A stretch of 64,000 nucleotides of DNA, taken from Macrostomum hystrix. Its lineage: Eukaryota > Animalia > Platyhelminthes. Below are positions 25,520 through 38,077 of this stretch, piece after piece. The stretch lies in NCBI GenBank assembly GCA_950097015.1, contig CATNEN010000039.1:5828001-5892000 (forward strand), written 5' to 3'. The position numbers were made by a program, and so were the translations under genes. Numbering within the stretch: position 1 is the stretch's first letter; every line of letters starts with the position of its first letter. The notes under the pieces were generated by a model that did no database searches, was not told where the DNA came from, and saw only the letters and a program-made list of their open reading frames with translations.

Positions 25520-26199
25520 AAATATTTAGGAAACTTATAGGCAAACATCTTTGCTTAAAAAGTTTATTTGGCGTAGGCGACAGAGTGAAAGATCATTTTT
25601 GGTACTGATTTGCATTTCGTCCCGGCTGAAATCCTTCTCATCCCCACCCTCTCTTCCCCTCTCTCTCTCCCTTTCCGACCCGAGATGCATGGAAAGTACA
25701 CCTGGAGTCGCTGCACATTCTGTACAGTCCGATGCGCCCATCCTCGTGTCTCCCTCTCCCTTTTCCTTTCTCTGTCTTTCCCCTCCGAAATTCTCTGCCC
25801 CGTCGCTTCTCGCCTCGTTTCACCGTTCGCCTCGCCGTCCGCTTCGTTCTCCCAGTTCAATAATTCTCTTTCCCATGGAAAATGCAGCTCTGGCTCGTGC
25901 GGATGGCCCGAGAAGTAAGCCAGGTCTGGGGGGAAGAAGAGCCGAGGGGCAGAGTGGAGGAGACGGAAAGACAGCTGGGGGCATGTAAGGCGGACAGGCA
26001 AACACAAACTCCAGTTGATGCCTGTGCGCCGCAACCCCCCATCTGACCCTCCGCGCGCGGGATTTCTCTTCAATTTAAAGAGTGCTACTGTACCGCAGCC
26101 CAGGCTTCTGCTGAAATCTGAAATCTCAAATAGACTGCGCAGCAAGCGGTTCCGAGCACACCAAAAGAGGACGGCGTCAACTACCAAAAGCACATCGCA

Positions 26200-28181
26200 A
26201 TGCTGAACATTGGCGGCGGCGGCAACGGCGGAGGCGGCGGCAGCGGCACTGCGGCGGAGCAGGCTGCAATTCACTTCTACGATGCCATCATTCAGAACGA
26301 CATGGATGCCCTCCGCCGCGCAGTTGAAGTCTTCAAGGTCGATTTGAACGCCAAATTCACTCTGGTCAGGAAGCAGCACCATTTCGACCTGTTCCCTGTA
26401 CACTTGGTGGCCTACAAGGGCTACTTGTCCATGCTGCACTACCTCATCCAGACTGGGGTGGCTGTCAACCAAACCACGGCCACCCTGCACCGTCACGCCG
26501 TGCACTATGCGGCGCTGAGGTCGCAGCTCTCCTGCCTGCAGATGCTGGTCAACGCCGGCGGCAAGATCGATGCCAGGGATACGTTCGGCAATACACCTCT
26601 GCACTATGCTGCGGAGGATGGCAATGTGATCCTCATGTCGCTGCTACTGCACAATGGGGCCAGCTTGGATGCGCAGGTGAGCGCTCAATTCTATCGATTT
26701 TCATCAGTTTAACTGTGGGTGATGCGGATGTGGGTACTGAACAAAACTCAAACTCCTGGCATCCGCAGGACATCACCAACAAGACGCCGCTGATGAAGGC
26801 CACCCGCAATGGCAAGCTGGCCGCAGTGAAACGGTTAACAGCAGCTGGGGCGAGCGTCAACCTCAAGGACAAGAACGAGGACACTGCGCTGCACTTTGCT
26901 GCTAGGCACGGCTCCGGAGAAATGACCTGCATGCTCATCAGGGTGAGGCGCTAGTCTAACTGCATACAATTTCTATGTGAATGAGGGAGGCAGATGAAGG
27001 AGTTATAAGTGGTGAGGGAGTGAAGGTCTTGTTGAAGTGAGTTGGATGAAAGAGGTTGAGGCTTGTATAGGTCCTAGAATGTCAGATTCGGTTTGGAGTG
27101 CCCTATAGAATGAAGCAGAAATAAAATAATAATTGCAGGAGGGCTACGGGCAATGGCACATCATTTGGTGACAGTAGACCCACAGCCAGCGAGGAGGCAA
27201 TTCTGCCCATTTCGCTGACTCCTGACCACACACGCACACAGATACCGTACGCAGGCGCACGCTCACACAGGTGTGTACATCTGCCTTGACTTTCTCATTG
27301 TCAGGCAGTGTCCACTGTCACTGTCTTTGCCTTGGAGGTTGGCCATCAAAGACCTAAATTGCAAGACAAGCCACCAAGCCTTCTCTCCGTGGCTGCGCCC
27401 CAAATGAATGTGGCCTCGCCGCGGAATCGAGCTCAGGGATCGCGGTGCGACGCGCAAATTCGCAAAACGCTCTGCCCTCACTTCCCCCCGAAGGAAGCAT
27501 TAGGCTGGGATTCGATTTCTTAAAAGATTTGCTTGCCGACTCTCCGCAGGCCGAAGCTCGAGTTGACGCCCAGAACCAATGGGGCCTGACACCTCTGATG
27601 GAGGCGGTGTCCTACAACCAGAAAGAGGTGGTGGCCGCGCTCATCAAGCACCGCTGCGACCTGTACAAGCGCGATTTTCGCACGGGAGACACAAGCCTGC
27701 ACATCGCAGTCAAGAAGAACTACACGGATCTGGTGAGCATGCTGCTGAGTGCCGGCAACTGGTACATCCAGTACAACTTCAACAACTTTGGCGAATCTTT
27801 CGTACACGACGTGGTGGTGTACAACCGCCTGGACCTGCTGCGCCTGTTCGTCACCTACAACTACAACTTTGACTACCCGGCCAAGAAGACGCCGACCGGA
27901 CTGGCGAAGCTGCCGTTTCAGCTGGTGCTGGAGCGGGGCCACCTCGAGATGGCCAAGATCCTCGCCCAGGTCGGCTGCTATTCCTCTTCGCGCTTCTGTC
28001 AGAACAGCGTGCGCCGCTGCCCGGAGCTCGAGTCAGTGAAGTCGCTGCGGTCCTGGGCCCGAAAAACAATTCGCGACCAGCTGGGCTTCAGTCCCGGCGG
28101 CAAGATCAATCGACTGCCCGTGCCTACCATGGTCAAGGACTTCCTGCTGCTCAAGGATGTGAAGTGGGACACTCGACTGCC

Positions 28182-28218
<37 letters not shown>

Positions 28219-28254
28219 GTAACAGCCAGCTTTGCCACCATGTCGTCTGGGTGA
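26200..28254 (+). CDS. Ankyrin repeat and SOCS box protein (ASB-like); exons 26200-26676, 26769-26942, 27550-28254
   Basis: Ankyrin motifs GNTPLHYAA, KTPLMKA, DTALHFAA, GLTPLMEA, GDTSLHIA; C-terminal SOCS box VKSLRSWARKTIR...INRLPVPTMVKDFL; all junctions phase 0. Confidence 0.9.
27121..27488 (-). mobile_element. SINE family A, full length, in ASB intron 2
   Basis: Reverse complement of 48124-48486 including the tail. Confidence 0.88.
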
Positions 28255-28945
28255 TAAACTAGAATTAGTTCAAACGGACGAGCGAACTTAAGAACCCGAA
28301 AATCATGAACACTTGTTCGTCACCTGTATAAAAATGTTAATTAGTTGTCTTGATTCTCTGCGTGTTTACCAACTTGGCCTACCTAACATTTCCGTGCTTT
28401 CCTGGAAAGTATAAAGTAGTTCATTTTTTATGATACAATTTCCCATACTCTAACCCTGCTCCTCTGTTATCCTTCTCTTACTGGGGTTTGCTTTTCGTAT
28501 GCGTGTAGCATTTAAATTTCCGGGTTTAGACATTTTTGACTCATTAAAACAAATAACTGTGTCCCCGTGGCTTAGCCCTAAATCTGCTTATAATTGAATC
28601 GTCTGTCATTGTAAGGTCGTCGCGGCTCTGTTGAACTATTGGTGAATTATAAAGTTTAGTCGATCTATTCTATTTTTATTTCAGATTTCAGCAAATGTGA
28701 TTCATTGATTGAAGTGTTACGAGCAAATAGCCAGTTAGATCGTGCGCAAATGTTTAACTGCTTATTCTTAAGACTTTAAATGTTTTTCAGCTTAAATAAG
28801 CTTGTGCAAAAAAATAAGATTCAAATTCAAATTTTTTTATTTCTATTTTAAATATTATGCGTCTACTCCGTCACGAGCTTAGAGTTGAATTTTCATTTTG
28901 GGAAGTAATAAAAATATTTTTTATGATGAAGAAAAGAGTTGAATA

Positions 28946-29706
28946 GGGTAGCAGGTGAGGAAGATAGCAGGTGAGGAGGGTAGCAGGTGAGGAGGCTAGC
29001 AGGTGAAGAGGGTAGCAGGTGGGGAGGGAAGCAGGTGAGGAGGGTAGCAGGTGAGGAGGGTAGCAGCTGAGGAGGGTTGCAGATGAGGAGGGTAGCAGGT
29101 GAGGAGGGTAGCAGGTGAGGAGGCTAGCAGGTGAAGAGGGTAGCAGGTGAGGAGGGAAGCAGGTGAGGAGGGTAGCAGGTGAAGAGGGTAGCAGGTGAGG
29201 AGGGAAGCAGGTGAGGAGGGTAGCAGGTGAAGAGGGTAGCAGGTGAGGAGGGAAGCAGGTGAGTAGGGTAGCAGGTGAGGAGGGTAGCAGGTGAGGAGGC
29301 TAGCAGGTGAGTAGGGTAGCAGGTGAGGAGGGAAGCAGGTGAGGAGGGTAGCAGGTGAAGAGGGTAGCAGGTGAGGAGGGAAGCAGGTGAGGAGGGTAGC
29401 AGATGAGTAGGGTAGCAGGTGAGTAGGGTAGCAGGTGAGTAGGGTAGCAGGTGAGGAGGGTAGCAGGTGAGGAGGGTAGCAGGTGAGGAGGGTAGCAGGT
29501 GAGGAGGGTAGCAGGTGAGGAGGGTAGCAGGTGTGGAGGGTAGCAGGTGAGGAGGGTAGCAGGTGAGGAGGGTAGCAGGTGAGGAGGGTAGCAGGTGAGG
29601 AGGGTAGCAGGTGAGGAGGGTAGTAGGTGAGGAGGGTAGCAGGTGAGGAGGGTAGCAGGTGAGGAGGGTAGCAGGTGAGGAGGGTAGCAGGTGAGGAGGG
29701 TAGCAG
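28946..29706. repeat. 16-bp purine-rich minisatellite (gagggtagcaggtgag)
   Basis: About 47 copies. Confidence 0.96.
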
Positions 29707-30913
29707 ATAAAAAAAATCATAAAAAAACCGTCAAATTACAGAAGTCAATAATTAGTTCTTTTCTTTAAGCAGCTATTATAAAACAATTTGCATCAAGAGA
29801 ATGTTGCAAATAGCAATTAATACTGAGTCTCGCTGATTGCTTTCCCCCTACAAAGCAGCAATGGGGAAAGTTGTCAGAACAATTTGTCGGAACAATGGAG
29901 AGTTAATGATCCGGGTGGATTGGACCTAAACAGCTTTGTGATTTGAGCTTCTACGGTTACTAAATACCCGTTCTATTTATGGCCGTTGTCATGGAGACTA
30001 GCTTGCAGCTGCGCTCAGCACTGTCTGTCCCTTGACGGGCTATTAAAAGCAGCCTTCTCACTCCAGTGTAGCCCGTAGGAGAGCAAAGAGTACAGTGACT
30101 GCAGAAAAGAATGGAAAATGGGTTAGTCATACCAGGGCATTCGGAGGGGGGTACTGCATAAAAATTCACTCCCGAAATGACGGGTTGGGTGTCGCTAAGG
30201 TTGTACTCTGTCCTCTACCCTCTGCTCCTCTCCGCGCTTTCTTTCTCAACAGGGTCTGAGAAGTGTTCCACCGTCCCTATCTCTCCAGTCTGCTGCAAGC
30301 CGCACACTGGCGAGATTGGTTGAGCACAAAGCTACTCAGCAAAGACAGACGCACGCGCGCTAGGTTTAAGGAATAAGCGAGAAGCGAGTGGAGCGAGCGA
30401 GCGAGTGGAGAAATCTCCAGCAGAAACGAGACACACGCGCACGGCCTCCTTGTTTCCAGCAGGTTGCTTCTAGGAGCCAGCTCCCTCCCCCCAAAGGAAA
30501 AAAGTAGCAGGCCTCACTAAAGCAGAAGACGCTAGCAGTAATTAGACTTAATAAGCCTTGGCTAATTAGACCCGCCCGACGTCAAGACATCTTTTCTGCG
30601 CCAGCTGCTGCCCTAATTTTCTGCAAGGTAAGCAAGGCTGGGCTTCCCCGTGCTTTCAATTTAGAGACACTGACATGTGCACACAGATGAGCACTGCTAG
30701 CTTAGATTCTCTGCTGACTTGAACACATTGTTTGTCGATGCCCAGTGCATCAATGCCGTGCAGCAATGGCATTATTGCACGGATAAGTCTTTAACTTTCA
30801 AACTTCGTTCACCAAAAAACCCCTTCTCTGTAGTGATGTTGAATGCCCGAATTCTTAGAAAAAGGGATGGACACCTGGTCGAATGCACAGCCCTGGAACG
30901 GCACTGAAAACTA

Positions 30914-32157
30914 CCATAGACAAAACGATAAAAAATAAAGAAAAACTTAAGGACGGCATGAATGCACGGACAGAAAAACAATTTAAATAAACCACTGCTT
31001 GGTCGTGTAGCCACGACCCATAGACACTCGTGCGCTACACTCCCAGCCGTGGTTTATTTAGTGCCTCATTGTATCGCATTTTTACACTCATTGCTTGTAT
31101 CCCTTTGGTGAGTAACAATGCATTGTTTGTAGGTACATTTTTAATTCGTTTTTATCGCGGTATGTTTTTTTAATATATTTTAAACAGCGAAGGAAGCAGA
31201 TTAGGTGACGAGCGTGTTTGAAACGTTTAACTCTTCCTAGATCAGTAGTCAGTCCACGACTCTTCAAGAACTCTAGAAAGTTGCGTCCATGTTCTTCCAT
31301 CTGCCTCAGCGAGCTCACAGGAAGATCGGCAATTTCAATAGCGAGTTCCTTTAGCTCATCTTGGAATCCAGGTGGCAGTGGAGTATCGTCATCCTTTTTA
31401 CCCAGGTTGTCCTCAATGAACAATGGATAGAAAATCTGACAATAATTCGTCCCTACGACAGTCGTTGGTAGATAATTCAGCGACGAGTTCAACTTCCGTG
31501 GACGTCAGTCCGTTTAGACTATCGACAGGAAGGTTTTCATGGTGTAGCAGCCCAATAGGCTTGCCAGCGTGATCCATCTTCTCTATGCTCGAAATGGTTT
31601 GTTAACAACTTCTCTCAGTTGCATGGCTAGCTGTCTAACTTTAATCAGATTCTATATTACCGGTAATATCACAGGTAATTTAGAATCTGCGACTTTAATA
31701 GCTCTCGTTTTACAGTACATGACAATGAATATCGTTTAAACCATAGAAAAAAGTGACCTCGTTCACACCCCACACCCCCTTGACCCCGTTTTGCGGGAAT
31801 TAGGTGGGATACTTTTATGTCTATGGTTGAAATGCGATACAATGGCGATAATCAGCGGTCCGGAGCTATCTATCATGCCATAGACAGTAAGGCAAAGGAG
31901 GGGTAAGCCATACCCCTTGACGGAATTGAGTGACGAGTGTCGAAAACGCAAACAAGCTGTCTGAAACGCTTGCTAAGTGTCAGAATTGACTGCGAGACTG
32001 TCGGAATCGGATGAAAACCTAGTAGGGACTGACCATAAACTGTCGGATTTGGATGCAACTTGAACAAAATATCCTACAGCTGTGCCAAAACTGAGCGAGA
32101 AAATGTGTAGAAGCCCTTGCTAAAGTCACTCAATAGTCCGTTTTGAGTGCCATAGAC
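30914..32157. mobile_element. Cluster A of CCATAGAC-type sites (putative site-specific recombination element)
   Basis: Cores at 30914, 31018, 31741 (ccatagaa), 31819 (reverse), 31878, 32032 (ccataaac) and 32150, several with inverted flanking arms. Confidence 0.55.
31088..31577 (-). CDS. Intronless orphan ORF (~160 aa) with one frameshift near 31430, lying between CCATAGA sites
   Basis: ATG at 31577 gives MDHAGKPIGLL...DELLSDFLSI, then a frame change into ORF 31088-31492 (EDNLGKKDDDTPLPPGFQDEL...GLTTDLGRVKRFKHARH...); AATAAA about 30 nt after the stop. Confidence 0.55.
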
Positions 32158-32438
32158 ATTCCGAGATTCAATACTAGCCAATGGCTTGTTTTAGCTACCA
32201 CAAAGCCAACAAGCGAAATAAAGCAAAAGTGCATGAATCGAAATATAGTACTATTTTATTGAATTTTTTATCAATTGATATATACGAGCTATGCTCATTC
32301 GTATTGTACATAAAAATCTTAATCTCCAAAAAATCAGGAGCAAAGACAGCAACGTCAGCAAGACAAGCGATAATCAGGTATTGACAAATATTTGAGCAAG
32401 GTCTTATCGGCAGTCAAAATCTATCAGGGCCAACCGCA

Positions 32439-33308
32439 ATGTCCAAGTACTGGGTCATCGAGCGAGGAGCACCTTACTCAACGGAGTACAAGCTGTACTT
32501 CTATGGTCCTAACGGCCCAATCTCGCCGTTTCACGACATCCCCTTGTTCGCCTGCGCCGAGAAACGCGAGCTCAACATGGTGGTGGAGATTCCACGCTGG
32601 ACCAACGCCAAAATGGAGATCAACAAGGAGCAGCGACTCAATCCCATTGTACAGGATGTGAAGAACGGCAAGCTGCGCTTCGTGGACAATGTGTTCCCGC
32701 ATCACGGCTACATCTGGAACTACGGCGCCCTGCCGCAGACCTGGGAGGATCCCAACCACACCGACGAGCGGACCCAGGCCAAGGGCGACAACGATCCGTT
32801 GGACGTCTGCGAGATCGGGCACCGAATTCACCCGCGCGGCTCCGTGGTGCGCGTCAAGCCACTCGGCATTCTGGCAATGATCGACGAAGGCGAGACTGAC
32901 TGGAAGCTCCTGGCGATAGACGTTACAGACCCACTAGCTGAACAGCTGAACGACGTTTCGGACATCGAGACGCACATGCCGGGCTTTCTGGACGCCACTA
33001 GAAGCTGGTTTCGCAACTACAAAGTACCGCAGGGCAAGCCGCGCAACGAGTTCGCCTTCAACGCTGAATTCCAGGGCCGCGACTTTGCTCTGAGCATTGT
33101 TGATGAGACGCACCGCAGCTGGCAGTCCCTGGTTGGTCACGTGATCGATCGGAATTCCATCTCGTGCGACAACGTCTCCGTGATCGGCAGCGCATATAAA
33201 ATCGACCAGTCAGAGGCCCGAGAGCTGGTGGAGAAGCAGCCCGCAGTGTTGCCTCCTTGCCCCATTCCGCCTGAGGTCAGCCGGTGGCACTACATCCCAG
33301 CAGAGTAG
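32439..33308 (+). CDS. PPA1: Family I soluble inorganic pyrophosphatase, intronless CDS
   Basis: ISPFHDIPL, MVVEIPRWTNAKMEI, NYGALPQTWEDP, GDNDPLDV and IDEGETDWK signature motifs. Confidence 0.97.
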   Translation: MSKYWVIERGAPYSTEYKLYFYGPNGPISPFHDIPLFACAEKRELNMVVEIPRWTNAKMEINKEQRLNPIVQDVKNGKLRFVDNVFPHHGYIWNYGALPQTWEDPNHTDERTQAKGDNDPLDVCEIGHRIHPRGSVVRVKPLGILAMIDEGETDWKLLAIDVTDPLAEQLNDVSDIETHMPGFLDATRSWFRNYKVPQGKPRNEFAFNAEFQGRDFALSIVDETHRSWQSLVGHVIDRNSISCDNVSVIGSAYKIDQSEARELVEKQPAVLPPCPIPPEVSRWHYIPAE

Positions 33309-34221
33309 ATTCGCAATTAGTCTACAGTTGTCAAGAGGCTGCTCTTTTGCGTAGCTGCTTTAGCCGATTCAATTGTTTTGTGCAAGGCTCGCTAAGTCGG
33401 TTCTGGAGTCGCATGAGGTATTCCACTAGCTATAGCAGTTATGCATCTCGAAGCACTCGTTTTTTTTCATTTTGTGATGCGTCTTAGCCATAAAAATCTA
33501 TATCAAAGGGACATTAGTAAGGGCCGTAAATTGAGAGTTGCTTGTGGGCGCTTGTATACCTCCAGGCCCAGCAGACAGACAAGAAATCTTAATACCACTT
33601 TTTATTTGGTAACCTAGCGTATAATACACAATCCATAATTTCCTTCTTTGAACTTTTTTCCTCAATAGCTACATTGAACTACTCCCATTGTTTCTTGATG
33701 ACACCAGAAAACTTCTGTCTGAACTTTTGAAAGTAGCGAATATTTTCCTCTGCTTTTATATATTTACCTCCACAATTGCTCTGGTGTTGTTACTTCATAG
33801 CAACTATTTAAATAGAGATATTCTGCGTGCTCTTCTAAACCCCTGTCCGTGTTTTGCTATGCTCAGCTTTCTGCTATGAAAGACAGCAAATTTTCCAAAT
33901 CTATTATGCAGTAATAAAAAAAATGTGTTTTCCCTAACATTCCATCAACACTCCGATTAAAATACTTGTAAAAATCTTATTAGTAATTTCTCTGTTTCCA
34001 TCTCTGGCGAAATAGTAGACTGATTCTTAATCTTGTTGATTCAGATCATCCAGCTAAGACTGTGGAAGTGGCGCCTCCTCCCCAGTCCATGGACTTAACA
34101 GCTCTCCACAGTCCATGAATCTGCGCTGTCTATGTAAGCACAGACCGACTAATAGAAAACGAATTACCTATTTAATTTATGAATCAAGCAGGGGAATGGT
34201 AATAAAAATGTATAGTAAGAA

Positions 34222-34515
34222 TTGATTACACCTGCCCCTATTGGGCCAGATGTGCAGCCGACAGCACAACCGCAGCTATTGCGCGGCGCATCTGAAGACT
34301 GCATACGGCTGTTCAGTCCATGGACTGGGGGGACGCCACACCCACCCTCAATTATCCCAGCTGATGCTGGTACCCATTTAACAACTAGGTGAACTGAAGC
34401 AATGCAGAGTTTTTGTCTTACTAAAGGACACAAATTTTTGTAGTTGAGTCGGGAATCGAACCCCCAACCTTTAAGTCGTGAGTCTGTGGGTCTAACCTCA
34501 AGGCCACAACCTCTT
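34222..34515 (-). mobile_element. SINE family B, full length
   Basis: tRNA head, CORE-like block, shared body and 3' gggcaggtgtaat. Confidence 0.85.
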
Positions 34516-34841
34516 AGGGGGGATTCTAGATTGCGATAGATACGAACTGCTTGAAAAATCTGTGATAAACTGAGGGAGGGGCCGCTGGTTTGTGTTGCAT
34601 TCGGCTTCATCCTGCTTGATCGGTTATAAAAACTGCGTGAGGGAGCTGAAAGGCTTCAGTTGGATCGAAAGCATGGTTTTGCAGCAGGGCAACTACGACG
34701 ACCCGCTCGGAGGTTGCCATCCGTAGTGCCCAGATGATGGACCAACCTGCAGCAGCGCCACCTTCCAGCACATCGGCCTGCAGTCGTACACGGAAATCCG
34801 TGTTCAAGCTGCTCTACTCATTTAAGTAGTAGGGAGGCTGG

Positions 34842-37176
34842 ACTAGACACTCAAAGTGTACCTCGACAATCGATGTGTACTTAGACACTCCAGGTGTACC
34901 TAGACACTCCTGGTGTACCTAGACACTCAAGGTGTACCTAGACACTCAAGGTGTACCTAGACACTCAAGGTGTACCTAGACACTCAAGGTGTACCTAGAC
35001 ACTGCACGTGTACCTAGACACTCCAGGTGAACCTAGACACTCCAGGTGTGCCTAGACACTCCAGGTGTACCTAGACACACAAGGTGTACCTAGACACTCC
35101 ACGTGTGCCTAGACACTCCATGTGCACCTAGACACTCCAGGTGTACCAAGACACTCCAGGTGTGCCTAGACACTCCATGTGTGCCTAGACACTGCACGTG
35201 TACCTAGACAATCATGGTGTACCTAGACACTCCAGGTGTACCTAGACACTCCAGGTGAACCTAGACACTCCAGGTGTGCCTAGACACTCCAGGTGTACCT
35301 AGACACTCCACGTGTGCCTAGACACTCCATGTGCACCTAGACACTCCACGTGTACCAAGACACTCCAGGTGTGCCTAGACACTCCAGGTGTGCCTAGACA
35401 CTGCACGTGTACCTAGACAATCCTGGTGTACCTAGACACTCAAGGTGTACCTAGACACTCAAGGTGTACCTAGACACTCCAGGTGTACAAAGACACTCCA
35501 GGTGTGCCTAGACACTCCAGGTGTTCCTAGACACTCCACGTGTACCCAGACACGCAAGGTGTACCTAGACACTCCAGGTGTACAAAGACACTCCAGGTGT
35601 ACCTAGACACTCCAGGTGTGCCCAGACACTCCAGGTGTGCCTAGACACTCCAGGTGTACCCAGACACTCCAGGTGTGCCTAGACACTTTTCCTAATTCGG
35701 ACTGGGCACCATTGCTGTCAGTGTTTGGACTAACTTGCAGAGTCGACTTGCAGATTCTAAAATTAATTCTCTCTATAAGGTTCCGATCCCAAGTACCCAG
35801 TTTCCAGGAGACAAAAGCCTCTGATGCATACAGAACTAGGCTTTCATTCATAGTTGTGCTAAACAGGATGAGCTGTTTGTGTTTTACTCTCTGAAATCCC
35901 GCCAACTTTCTCAGAAGCATTATTGGATATCCACTTTTTACCTAGTTCTATGGCATGAGTATCTATTGTTCCCTTCACGTTCATGTGAAACCCAAGATAT
36001 TTCCACTGCTGTACGGGTTCAACCAGTTGACCATGTAAAAACAGTCTATGTTGCCCTTGAGTGGAGATTGCAGCTTATAAGCTTTTTCTTCTCGGTGATT
36101 ATTTCTAATTTATGAGTATTGCAAAAATCTGCTACTTTGTCGAGGCCTTTTTGTAATTCTGTCAGGTCTTCACCAAAAATGACTAAATCGTCACAATAAA
36201 GCAGGTTGTTTACTTCTTCATTCAATTTGGAGGTATGGCTTTGAAATGAGTTTTTTAGGATTGTGCTTAGCGGGTCGATGTATAGGGAGAATAGCAGTGG
36301 AGATAGGGGGCATCCTTGCCTGACGCCATTAGTGATTCGACACGCCTCAGTAGCTGTGCTTTCTGACACCTTGAGGTGAAACTTCGCGCTTGAGTACATA
36401 CTCTCAATGGTACTTATTATTGCTGGGTTCACGCCCAACTGCTTTAATCGTGTGACCAGGGTTGGGTGGTGAACCATGTCAAAGGCGCTTTTTAAATCAA
36501 AGAAAACTAAATGGAAAGGCCTTTTCTTTTTCTTCTTTTTATGAATTAATGTCAATAGGGTTGCCATGTGATCGGAAGTCCGGCAAGCTTTTCTGTTTCC
36601 TATTTGACTAGCCGATAGCAAGTTCAGGGCTTTGATGTGTGCTTCTAATTTCTCGTAAATACACTCCACGTGTACCTAGACACTCTAGGTGTGCCTAGAC
36701 ACTCTAGGTGTGCCTAGACACTCCAGGTGTGCCTAGACAATCCACGTGTACCTAGACACTCAAGGTGTACCTAGACACTCCAGGTGTACCTAGACACTCC
36801 AGGTGTACCTAGACACTCCATGTGTACCTAGACACTCCATGTGTACCTAGACACTATATGTGTACCTAGACACTCCAGGTGTACCTAGACACTCCAGGTG
36901 TACCTAGACACTCCATGTGTACCTAGACACTATATGTGTACCTAGACACTCCACGTGTACCTAGACACTCTAGGTGTGCCTAGACACTCTAGGTGTGCCT
37001 AGACACTCTAGGTGTGCCTAGACACTCCAGGTGTGCCTAGACAATCCACGTGTACCTAGACACTCAAGGTGTTCCTAGACACTCCACGTGTACCTAGACA
37101 CTCAAGGTGTTCCTAGACACTCCACGTGTACCTAGACTCAAGGTGTACCTAGACACTCCATGTGTACCTAGACACT
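34842..37176. repeat. 20-bp minisatellite (ctagacactccaggtgtac) split by a LINE fragment
   Basis: Arrays at 34842-35687 and 36661-37176. Confidence 0.95.
35688..36660 (-). mobile_element. Non-LTR retrotransposon reverse transcriptase fragment (degenerate, truncated at both ends)
   Basis: VFFDLKSAFDMV, NGVRQGCPLSPLLFSLY and LLYCDDLVIF RT motifs; frameshifted continuation INFRICKSTLQVSPNTDSNGAQSELG. Confidence 0.92.
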
Positions 37177-38077
37177 TCTAGGTTTCTTTACGCTCGTAGC
37201 AGACACCACTCAAGGTAAAGCTAGCACTTTTGTTTTGTGTAAAATAAAATGTTTTTTTTAATGGAATATTTCACTTTGTTTGCAGCATTTTATTTCTGAA
37301 GCTTTTCTAAACGCTCGTTCTGAGCAGACAGTTGACAATAGCCAAAGCAATTAAGATTGAAAACTGTGCTCAGCAACATTTAATTTGACAATACTTCAGT
37401 CGGCACTCAGAGGCGCCCACTTCCCACCTGAGCTAAGAGATTCACTTAGTTGCCAAGCACAGGCCCACACTCCTAAGGCAGGGGCATATAGTTGAATTGA
37501 ATTAAAAGCCTCAATTAACTTACAATTATGTCTTCTTGCTTCGTTTCACTTTCATTCTTCACCAATAGAATGTAAATCTTTTCCTGAAGTGTTGCAATTC
37601 TTTCTTCTTTCAATTGTTGTGCCAAGCGTTTTCACTGCAGTAACAGCACAGCGGTTAAACCCAAAACCAGGTGGTCTGGCCAGCGTGAGCACTCTCACTA
37701 ATCAAAAGCCAATGAGGAAAGACATTTCTCAATTCATTCTCAGTGCCCGTGTGCGAGTCTATTCTTGTGGTTGTGAGAACATGCAGTGAGAACATGCGGC
37801 GCACCCAATAGTAACTAAAATACTAAGTTGCGCTGGTAAGGCACCGATTTATTTTCTTGCCCAATCTCTGTGCGATTGTCAGATGGAAACCGGTGGAGTA
37901 TAAGGAGGCCAGCAATAATCTCATCGATTATTAATAGCCAGACTAGAGTAAATTGCGCGGTCAGTCCACGCCTGGCTGCAGCCGACAGCACTTGTACGCT
38001 CAAATAGTAGAGTGAGACATTGACTCTCTGGTTTTATAGGTGATTACTCGTGAGCTTAGGGGCTTTGCAGAATACGA

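Noticed and set aside
31190-31230. KHARH in the cassette ORF as a tyrosine-recombinase HxxR motif
   Set aside because: Spacing is HxR, the protein is too short, and other catalytic motifs are absent
32439-33308. Intronless PPA1 as a retrogene or horizontal transfer
   Set aside because: Typical eukaryotic sequence with host-like codon usage, no poly(A)/TSD scar, and a plausible upstream splice acceptor
34600-34830. GC-rich coding-like patch
   Set aside because: Short, interrupted, and with no recognisable product or exon partners
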